Source: Actinomycetota bacterium (GTDB taxonomy: Bacteria; Actinomycetota; Acidimicrobiia; Acidimicrobiales; Ilumatobacteraceae). Taken from it: a stretch of DNA of 64,000 nt. The notes under the pieces are model-generated. The model was given only the letters and a program-made list of their open reading frames with translations. It was not told the DNA's origin and ran no database searches. Location: the NCBI GenBank assembly GCA_041158045.1, contig JBEBCD010000057.1, forward strand, positions 56,440-120,439. Direction: 5' to 3'. Shown piece after piece: positions 57,458 through 64,000 of the stretch (position 1 is the stretch's first letter; every line of letters begins with the position of its first letter). Both the position numbers and the translations under genes were made by a program.

Positions 57458-58207
57458 GTGCGGCGGCTGCGCGCGCTCGCCCGTGAGCGGCGCCTGCGCG
57501 ACGCCGAGGGCGTCGCGGTCGTCGAGGGTCCGACCCTCGTCGCCGAGGCGCTGCGCGCCGGCTGGGAGATCGAGTCGCAGTACCTCGCGCCCGGTGCGGA
57601 CCCCGTCCCGGGCGCGGGCGAGGCGTGGCCGCTCGCCGAGGGCGTGATCGAGAGGGTCGCGACCACGACGACCCCGCAGCCCGTCATCGCCGTCGCGCGC
57701 CGCCCCGCGCGCCCCGCGACGATGCTCGCCGACCTCGCCGCGCGCGGCGAGTGGATCGTCGTCGCCGACGCGATCGCCGACCCGGGCAACCTCGGCACGC
57801 TCATGCGCTCCTGCGAGGCCGCGGGCGCGGGCGCCCTCGCCGTATCCGGCGGCGCCGATGCCTGGCACCCGCGCGTCGTGCGCGCGTCGGCGGGCGCCGC
57901 CTTCCACCTCCCCGTCGTGCGCGCATCGGCGGGGGAGGCCTCCGCCGCCGGCTTCCGCGTCGTGGGGACGAGCTCCCACGAGCGCCCGGGCGCGCGCGAC
58001 TACCGCGACGCCGACTGGTCGGGCGCGGTCGCGCTCGCGGTGGGCAACGAGGCGCACGGCCTCGGCGACGACGCGAGCGGCGCGGTGCGCGAGTGGGTGA
58101 CGATCCCGCACGCGGGACGCGCCGAGAGCCTCAACGTCGCGATGGCGACGACGGTCCTGTGCTTCGAGATCGCGGGGCGCCGTCGACCGTCGCGACGCGA
58201 CGATTAG
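57458..58207 (+). CDS. TrmH/SpoU family RNA 2'-O-methyltransferase (group 3, TsnR-like position)
   Basis: 249 aa. N-terminal substrate-binding-like VVEGPTLVAEAL. SpoU motifs DPGNLGTLMRS, ALAVGNEAHGL, IPHAGRAESLNVAMA. A possible CTG start at 57422 is discussed in findings. Confidence 0.8.
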   Translation: MRRLRALARERRLRDAEGVAVVEGPTLVAEALRAGWEIESQYLAPGADPVPGAGEAWPLAEGVIERVATTTTPQPVIAVARRPARPATMLADLAARGEWIVVADAIADPGNLGTLMRSCEAAGAGALAVSGGADAWHPRVVRASAGAAFHLPVVRASAGEASAAGFRVVGTSSHERPGARDYRDADWSGAVALAVGNEAHGLGDDASGAVREWVTIPHAGRAESLNVAMATTVLCFEIAGRRRPSRRDD

Positions 58208-58210
58208 CGT
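58205..58210 (+). promoter_or_regulatory. -10-like hexamer TAGCGT, 7 nt upstream of the alternative pheS GTG at 58218
   Basis: The TAG is the stop of the TrmH-family gene. If this element is used, pheS starts at 58218 rather than 58209. Confidence 0.3.
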
Positions 58211-59228
58211 GGCGCCCGTGCATCCGCTCGTCGAGGAGGTGCGCGCGGCGCTCGAGGCCGGGCGTGCCGCCATCGCCGCGGCCGCCGACCCCGACGCGCT
58301 GCGGCGCGCCGCGGCCGAGCACGCGGGCAAGCGGTCGGCCATCGCGGGCCTGAAGGCCCGCCTCGGCGCGGTCACCGACCCGGAGGCCCGCAAGGAGGCG
58401 GGGCGGGCGATCCACGAGGCGGGCGCGGCGCTCGACGCCCTCGCCGCCGCGCGGGAGGCCGAGCTCGGCGCGGCCGACGTGGCGCGCCGCGTCGCGGGGG
58501 AGGCGATGGACCTCACGGAGCACCTCGGGGCGCGCCGCACCGGCCACGCCCACGTGGTGACGCAGGCGTGGGAGCGCCTCGAGGACGTCTTCGTCGGCAT
58601 GGGCTTCCGCGTCGCGGAGGGCCCCGAGATCGAGACCGACGAGATGAACTTCACGGCGCTCAACATGCCGCCGAGCCACCCGGCGCGCAGCGAGTTCGAC
58701 ACCATGTTCGTCGAGTACGGCGAGCCGGGGAGCACGCTGCTGCGCACCCACACGTCGCCCGTGCAGATCCGCGTCATGCGCGAGTGGGACCTGCCGATCT
58801 ATGCGGTGATGCCGGGCCGCGTCTTCCGCCGCGACACGCCCGACGCCACGCACATGCCCGTGTTCCACCAGATCGAGGGCCTCGTCGTCGACCGCGACGT
58901 CACCTTCGCGCATCTCGCCGGCACGATCGAGGCGTTCACCAAGGCGTTCTTCGGGAGCGACTTCACCAGCCGCTTGCGCCCCTCGTACTTCCCGTTCACC
59001 GAGCCGAGCGCCGAGTTCGACATCCGCCGGGCGGACGGCGAGTGGATCGAGCTCGGCGGGTGCGGCATGGTGCACCCCGCGGTGCTGCGCGCGGGCGGCA
59101 TCGACCCGGAGCGCTGGTCGGGCTTCGCCTTCGGCTTCGGCATCGACCGGATGGCCAAGGAGCGCCACGGCATCGACGACCTGCGCGACATGTACTCCGG
59201 CGACGTGCGCTTCGCGCGCCAGTTCTGA
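58209..59228 (+). CDS. pheS: Phenylalanine--tRNA ligase alpha subunit
   Basis: 339 aa. HPARSEFDTMF, LRTHTSPVQIR, GRVFRRD, FPFTEPSAEFD, GCGMVHP. Alternative in-frame GTG at 58218. Confidence 0.95.
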   Translation: MAPVHPLVEEVRAALEAGRAAIAAAADPDALRRAAAEHAGKRSAIAGLKARLGAVTDPEARKEAGRAIHEAGAALDALAAAREAELGAADVARRVAGEAMDLTEHLGARRTGHAHVVTQAWERLEDVFVGMGFRVAEGPEIETDEMNFTALNMPPSHPARSEFDTMFVEYGEPGSTLLRTHTSPVQIRVMREWDLPIYAVMPGRVFRRDTPDATHMPVFHQIEGLVVDRDVTFAHLAGTIEAFTKAFFGSDFTSRLRPSYFPFTEPSAEFDIRRADGEWIELGGCGMVHPAVLRAGGIDPERWSGFAFGFGIDRMAKERHGIDDLRDMYSGDVRFARQF

Positions 59229-59238
59229 GGCGGCGATC

Positions 59239-61596
59239 GTGAGGGTCCTGCGCTCCTGGCTGGACGAGTTCGGCCCCATCTCCCGCGCCGCCCGCACTCC
59301 CGAGCGCCTCGCCGAGGTGCTGACGTCGCTCGGTCTCGCCGTCGAGTCGACGACGCACGTCGGCGCACCCGTGCCCGGCGTCGTGGTGGCCCGCGTGGTG
59401 CGCACGGAGCGGCACCCGAAGGCCGACAAGGTGCAGCGGGTCTGGGTCGACGCGGGCGACGGCGAACGCCACGTCTGGTGCGGCGCGTTCAACATGGCAC
59501 CGGGCGACCTCGTGCCCCTCGCGACGCTCGGCACGACGATGCCCGACGGACGCGCCATCGCGCGCCGCGAGATCCTCGGCGTCGCCTCCGAGGGCATGCT
59601 CTGCTCGGCCGCCGAGCTCGGCATCGGCACGGGGGACGAGGGCATCGCCATCCTCCCGCCCGGGCTGCGCCCCGGCCGCGACGCCTTCGCGGCGCTCGGG
59701 ATCCGACCCGACGTCGTCTACGAGCTCGACGTGACGCGCAACCGCCCGGACGCCACCGGCCACCTCGGCGTCGCTCGTGATCTCGCGGCGCACCTGCGCG
59801 TGCGCTTCGCGCCCCCCGCGGGCGACCGAGCGCGGCGGGGACCCCGCCGCACGCTGCCCGTGCGGATCCTCGATCGCCGCCGCTGCGCGCGCGTGCGGCT
59901 CACGGTCATGTCGGGGGTGGTCGTCGGCCCGTCGCCGGCGCACCTGCAGCGGCGCCTCGCACACGCCGGCATGCGCCCGATCAACAACGTGGTCGACGCG
60001 ACCAACCTCGCGATGCTCGAGACCAACCAGCCGACCCACGCCTACGACGCGGCCCGCCTCGCGCGCGGCCTGCGCATCCGCCTCGCACGCGTCGGCGAGA
60101 CGATCGCGACGCTCGACGGCGCGACGCGCACCTGCACCGACGACGACCTGCTCATCTGCGACGGCGCCGACGTGCCGGTCGGCATCGCCGGCGTCATGGG
60201 CGGGCTCGACAGCGAGATCTCCGCGACCACCACCGAGATCGCGCTCGAGGCCGCCTGGTTCGAGCCCTCCGGCATCCGCCGCACGAGCCAGCGCATGGCC
60301 CTGCGCACCGAGGCCTCCGCGCGCTTCGAGCGGGGCGTCGACCCGCTCGGCATCGACCACGCGGTGGCCCGCGTCGCCGCCATCCTCCGCGAGTCCTGCC
60401 CGGGGCTCGTCGTGCACGCCGGGGCCGCCGACCCCCGCACCCCGCACCTGCCGCGGCCGCGACGCGCGACGCTGCGGGTCGCCCAGGTGGGGCGCATCCT
60501 CGGCACGCCGATGACCGCGGCCGCGATCCGCACCACGCTCGGGCGCATGGGCTTCGCCGTGCGCGGCGCGGGGCCCCGCCTCTCGGTCGTCGTGCCCACC
60601 TGGCGGCCGGACGTGGCGGCGGAGATCGACCTCATCGAGGAGCTCGCACGCCACCACGGGTACGCCCGGCTCGGGCGCGTCGTGCCCCCGGCCGCGCGCG
60701 CCGGCGCGCTCTCCCCGCTGCAGCTGCGCCGCCGGACCCTGCGGCGCGCCGTCCTCGCCCTCGGGGCGTCGGAGGTCATGCCGCAGCCCTTCCTCGACCC
60801 CGCCGAGCACGCGCGGGCCGGGGTGCCGGACGGCGAGGCCCTGCACCTCGCCAACCCGCTCGTGGCGGAGGAGAGCGTCCTGCGGGTCTCCCTGCGGCCG
60901 GGGCTGCTGCGCGCGATCGCGTCCAACCAGTCCTTCGGGACCCGCGAGCCCTTCCTCTCGGAGCTCGGCCACGTCTACCCCCGGGGCGCCGCCCCCGCCG
61001 CCGCGGGGTCGCTGCCCGACGAGCGCGAGCACCTCTGCATCGTGCGCGCGGGCGCCGACGCGGGGGAGGCCACCGCGTGGTGGGCCGAGCTCGCCGCGGT
61101 CATGGGCGTCGGGGCCCAGCTCGACCAGCGGCGCGTGCCGCCCGGCTACCACCCGACGCGCTCCGCGACCCTCGCGCGCGGACCGCGCGAGGTCGGCCAC
61201 GTCGGCGAGATCGACCCGGCGGTGCTCGCGCGCTACGGCATCGAGGGCCGCGTCGCGTGCCTCGAGCTCGACGCGGGTGCGCTGCTCGCCGAGACGCCGC
61301 GCGTGCCGACGGCGCGACCCGTGAGTCGCTACCCGGCCTCCGACGTCGACCTCGCCTTCGTCGCGCCCGCGGGCGTCACTGCGGAGGCGCTGCGCAAGGC
61401 GCTGCGCACCGCGGCGGGCGCGCTCACCGAGGACGTCGCGCTCTTCGACGTGTACCGCCGCGAGGGCGAGCGCAGCCTCGCGTTCCGCGTGCGGCTGCGC
61501 AGCGCCGAGCGCACGCTCACCGACGCAGACCTCGCGTCCGCGCGCGCTGCGTGCATCGCGGCGGCGACGCGCCTCGGCGCGACGCTCCGCGCCTAG
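59239..61596 (+). CDS. pheT: Phenylalanine--tRNA ligase beta subunit
   Basis: 785 aa. tRNA-binding domain (HPKADKVQRVWVDAG), B3/4, B5 and FDX-ACB-like C-terminus. GAGG SD upstream. Confidence 0.95.
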   Translation: MRVLRSWLDEFGPISRAARTPERLAEVLTSLGLAVESTTHVGAPVPGVVVARVVRTERHPKADKVQRVWVDAGDGERHVWCGAFNMAPGDLVPLATLGTTMPDGRAIARREILGVASEGMLCSAAELGIGTGDEGIAILPPGLRPGRDAFAALGIRPDVVYELDVTRNRPDATGHLGVARDLAAHLRVRFAPPAGDRARRGPRRTLPVRILDRRRCARVRLTVMSGVVVGPSPAHLQRRLAHAGMRPINNVVDATNLAMLETNQPTHAYDAARLARGLRIRLARVGETIATLDGATRTCTDDDLLICDGADVPVGIAGVMGGLDSEISATTTEIALEAAWFEPSGIRRTSQRMALRTEASARFERGVDPLGIDHAVARVAAILRESCPGLVVHAGAADPRTPHLPRPRRATLRVAQVGRILGTPMTAAAIRTTLGRMGFAVRGAGPRLSVVVPTWRPDVAAEIDLIEELARHHGYARLGRVVPPAARAGALSPLQLRRRTLRRAVLALGASEVMPQPFLDPAEHARAGVPDGEALHLANPLVAEESVLRVSLRPGLLRAIASNQSFGTREPFLSELGHVYPRGAAPAAAGSLPDEREHLCIVRAGADAGEATAWWAELAAVMGVGAQLDQRRVPPGYHPTRSATLARGPREVGHVGEIDPAVLARYGIEGRVACLELDAGALLAETPRVPTARPVSRYPASDVDLAFVAPAGVTAEALRKALRTAAGALTEDVALFDVYRREGERSLAFRVRLRSAERTLTDADLASARAACIAAATRLGATLRA

Positions 61597-62225
61597 TTGC
61601 GCGTCGGGTCGGCGGGGTAGTCCCGCAGCCACGAGGTGGCGCCCGGCTGGCGAGCGATGACGTCGCGCCACAGCGTCGTCGGCGACGCGCAGAAGACGTC
61701 GTCGAAGTCGCGTCCCGCGAGCGACTCGGCGAGGATCCACCCCTCCATCTCGAGCTCGCCGTCGAGCTGCCCGGGCCCCCAGCCCGCGTAGCCGCGGTAC
61801 ACGCGGAGCCGTTCGCACTCGCCCGCGAGCGTCGGGTCCGCCGACAGGTCGACGCTCACGAGCTCGAGGCCCGCGCCGTCGCGCGCCGTCGACTGCCCGA
61901 CGCGGCTGACCCACGGACGCTCGGCGTCGCGCACGGTGGCGAGCGCCATCAGCGCGGCGGGCTGCACGGGCCCGCCCTCGAAGACCCGCTGCGGCTCGCT
62001 CGCGCCGTCGAGCCAGCCCGCGATGCGCCGGCCCGTGTCGCCGGCCCGATCGATCTGCGCGGGGTCGAGGGAGGCGATCGGGCGGGTGAGCACGAGCCCG
62101 AAGGCGCCGTCGGTGCCGTGGTCGAGGACCGCCACGACGGACCGGCGGAAGTTGCGGTCCTCCATGAGGGGGCTCGCCACGAGCAGCCGCTGGTGGGCTC
62201 GGCCCCGGTCGGCGGGGTCGGCCAC
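61593..62225 (-). CDS. YqgE/AlgH family protein (UPF0301)
   Basis: 210 aa. LLVASPLMEDRNFRRSVVAVLDH...GAFGLVLTRP, VFEGGPV, RVYRGYAGWGPGQLDGE. GTG start. Confidence 0.8.
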   Translation of the reverse strand: MADPADRGRAHQRLLVASPLMEDRNFRRSVVAVLDHGTDGAFGLVLTRPIASLDPAQIDRAGDTGRRIAGWLDGASEPQRVFEGGPVQPAALMALATVRDAERPWVSRVGQSTARDGAGLELVSVDLSADPTLAGECERLRVYRGYAGWGPGQLDGELEMEGWILAESLAGRDFDDVFCASPTTLWRDVIARQPGATSWLRDYPADPTRN

Positions 62226-62231
62226 GCCGCG

Positions 62232-62237
62232 ACCCTA
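62232..62237 (-). promoter_or_regulatory. -10-like hexamer TAGGGT, 6 nt upstream of the yqgE-family GTG
   Basis: Minus-strand reading TAGGGT-cgcggc-GTG. No SD. Confidence 0.4.
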
Positions 62238-62253
62238 GCCAGCACGGGATCGC

Positions 62254-62271
62254 CGTGCATCACTATGCGGA
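62254..62271. promoter_or_regulatory. Candidate ARG box 1 (ArgR operator)
   Basis: Core TGCAT-CACT-ATGCG (62256-62269) fits the TGCAT-N4-ATGCA form of the ARG box. Confidence 0.55.
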
Positions 62272-62273
62272 CG

Positions 62274-62291
62274 GCTGTATAGTTATGCAGT
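62274..62291. promoter_or_regulatory. Candidate ARG box 2 (ArgR operator), overlapping the argC -10 hexamer
   Basis: Core TGTAT-AGTT-ATGCA (62276-62289), 20 bp from box 1 core to core. It is the only conspicuously AT-rich patch in the neighbourhood and ends 2 nt before the argC ATG. Confidence 0.6.
62278..62283 (+). promoter_or_regulatory. -10-like hexamer TATAGT, 9 nt upstream of argC ATG
   Basis: Embedded in ARG box 2. No SD. Confidence 0.45.
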
Positions 62292-62292
62292 C

Positions 62293-63345
62293 ATGCCTCC
62301 GACCCCTCATAGCTCGCCGGGCGTGCTGCGGGCCGCGGTGCTCGGGGCGTCGGGGTACGTCGGGACCGAGGTCCTGAGGCTGCTCGTCGGCCACCCGCAC
62401 CTCGACGTCGCGTACGCGGCGGGGGACTCCCAGGCGGGCTCGCTCGCCTCCGCGATCGCGCCGAGTCTCGCCGCGGCGTACCCGGACCTCGTCGTCGAGG
62501 AGCTCGACGCCGGCCGCGCGCGCGAGTGCGACGTGGTGTTCCTCGCGCTGCCGCACGAGGCGTCGATGGCCCTCGTGCCCGAGCTCGTCGACCGCGTGCG
62601 CCTCGTGGTCGACCTCTCCGCCGCGTTCCGCCTCGCGGATGCCGCGGCGTATCCGCGGTGGTACGGATTCTCCCACTCCGCGCCCGAGCTGCTCGCGCGC
62701 GCCGCGTACGGGCTACCCGAGCTCGGCCGCGACCGCCTGCGGGGTGCGACCCTCGTCGCGACCCCGGGCTGCTACGTCACCGCCGCGTCGCTCGCGCTGC
62801 GCCCCCTCGTCGAGGCCGGCATCATCGACCCGCGGGGCGTCGTCGTCGACGCGGCGTCGGGCGTCTCGGGTGCGGGTCGCGCGCTGAAGGCGCCGTACCT
62901 CTTCGGCTCGGTCAACGAGGACTTCACCGCCTACGGGCTCCTCGATCACCGGCACACCCCGGAGATCGAGCAGGTCACGGGCGCCGAGGTGCTCTTCACC
63001 CCCCACCTCGCGCCGATGAACCGCGGCATCCTCGCCACGTGCTATGCGCGGCCCGCGGCGGGCACCGCGCCGACGACCGCGACGCTGCTCGCGACCCTCG
63101 CGCGGCGCTACGAGGGCGAGCCCTTCGTCGTCGTGCGGCCCGCCCCGCCCTCGACCAAGGCGACGCTCGGGACCAACGCCGCCCACCTCACGGCGCGCCA
63201 CGACCCCCGCACCGGCTGGATCGTCGCGCTCTGCGCGATCGACAACCTCACCAAGGGGGCCGCGGGCGGCGCCGTCCAGGCGGCCAACGTGGCGCTCGGC
63301 TGGGACGAGACCGCGGGCCTCTCCCGCGTGGGGCTGTACCCGTGA
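62293..63345 (+). CDS. argC: N-acetyl-gamma-glutamyl-phosphate reductase
   Basis: 350 aa. VLGASGYVGTEVLRLL, ATPGCYVTA (catalytic Cys), IDNLTKGAAG. Confidence 0.95.
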   Translation: MPPTPHSSPGVLRAAVLGASGYVGTEVLRLLVGHPHLDVAYAAGDSQAGSLASAIAPSLAAAYPDLVVEELDAGRARECDVVFLALPHEASMALVPELVDRVRLVVDLSAAFRLADAAAYPRWYGFSHSAPELLARAAYGLPELGRDRLRGATLVATPGCYVTAASLALRPLVEAGIIDPRGVVVDAASGVSGAGRALKAPYLFGSVNEDFTAYGLLDHRHTPEIEQVTGAEVLFTPHLAPMNRGILATCYARPAAGTAPTTATLLATLARRYEGEPFVVVRPAPPSTKATLGTNAAHLTARHDPRTGWIVALCAIDNLTKGAAGGAVQAANVALGWDETAGLSRVGLYP

Positions 63346-64000
63346 GCGCCGCACCGCGCGCGACGGCCGCGGCGGGCAGCGCCGGGCCCGCGGCCACGGC
63401 GGCCGTGCTGCTCGAGGCCCTCCCGTACATCCGGCGCTTCGCCGGCGACGTGATCGTCGTGAAGTACGGGGGCAACGCCCTCGCGGGCTCGAGCGGCGGC
63501 GAGGACGAGGCCCTCGCGTCCTTCGCCCGCGACGTGGCGCTCCTCCACGCCGTCGGCATGCGCCCCGTCGTCGTCCACGGCGGCGGGCCGCAGATCTCGC
63601 GGATGTCGGAGCGGCTCGGCAAGACCCCGACGTTCCACCGGGGCCTGCGGGTCACCGACGCCGAGACCATGGAGATCGTGCGGATGGTGCTGCTCGGGGA
63701 CGTCAACCCGCGGCTCGTCGCGGCGATCAACCACCACGGCGACCTCGCGGTCGGCGTCTCGGGGCACGACGCGGGGATGCTGCGCGTGACCCGCCGCGAT
63801 CCCGCGCTCGGCTTCGTCGGCGACGTCGAGCGGGTCGACCCGACCGTGCTGCGCGACCTCATCGGCGCGGGGCGCGTCCCCGTCGTCGCGACGATCGGCA
63901 CCGACGCGGCGGGCGAGGCGCACAACGTCAACGCCGACACGGCGGCCGCGGCGATCGCGGTGGCGCTCGGCGCGCGCAAGTACGTGGCCCTCACCGACGT
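63342..64000 (+). CDS. argB: Acetylglutamate kinase (partial, runs off the window end)
   Basis: Not in the ORF track because it has no stop in the window. My translation from the GTG at 63342 (GTGA overlap with argC) gives LPYIRRFAGDVIVVKYGGNA, VVVHGGGPQI, GLRVTD, NVNADTAAAAIA. Confidence 0.9.
   Translation, partial: MSAAPRATAAAGSAGPAATAAVLLEALPYIRRFAGDVIVVKYGGNALAGSSGGEDEALASFARDVALLHAVGMRPVVVHGGGPQISRMSERLGKTPTFHRGLRVTDAETMEIVRMVLLGDVNPRLVAAINHHGDLAVGVSGHDAGMLRVTRRDPALGFVGDVERVDPTVLRDLIGAGRVPVVATIGTDAAGEAHNVNADTAAAAIAVALGARKYVALTD

Overview
This window is a very GC-rich (by eye above 70%, not computed) and extremely gene-dense piece of chromosomal core from an actinobacterium. The lineage markers are the mycothiol ligase MshC, the PI/PIM operon pgsA-patA-pimA, an InhA-type FabI and mIHF. 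I call 65 protein-coding genes, the last one partial, with 61 on the + strand. They include an unbroken run of 53 co-directional genes (2343-55595): mshC, thrS, the PIM operon, lemA-htpX, pdxST, yebC, bcp, ruvCAB, queA-tgt, yajC-secDF, relA, hisS, aspS, rarA, alaS, ruvX-mltG, aroE-C-K-B-Q, efp-nusB, pyrR-B-C-carAB-pyrD and mihF-gmk-rpoZ-coaBC-metK-priA-def-fmt. These are followed by infC-rpmI-rplT, pheST and argC-argB. I found no rRNA, tRNA, CRISPR array, transposase or integrase, defence island or biosynthetic cluster, and no non-coding gap exceeds about 225 bp. I therefore see no evidence of a novel multi-gene system here. The points worth a second look are regulatory and architectural. (1) A TANNNT hexamer sits 6-9 nt upstream of about 18 start codons (20 hexamers were logged; two have longer leaders), implying many leaderless transcription units; it often reuses the upstream TAG stop codon. 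(2) There is a LexA-box-like palindrome on the ruvC start, tandem ARG boxes on the argC start, and a PyrR-loop-like site before pyrR. (3) Non-canonical starts seem required for secD (CTG) and infC (ATA, preceded by a mini-uORF). (4) A TA-free structured region lies upstream of infC, and a CCCACCC-repeat tract lies before rplT. (5) Gene content differs from model actinomycetes: queA-tgt is present, a class-1 pyrD replaces pyrF, there is no argJ, and PriA has no P-loop. All functional calls rest on motif recognition by eye; no database search was run.
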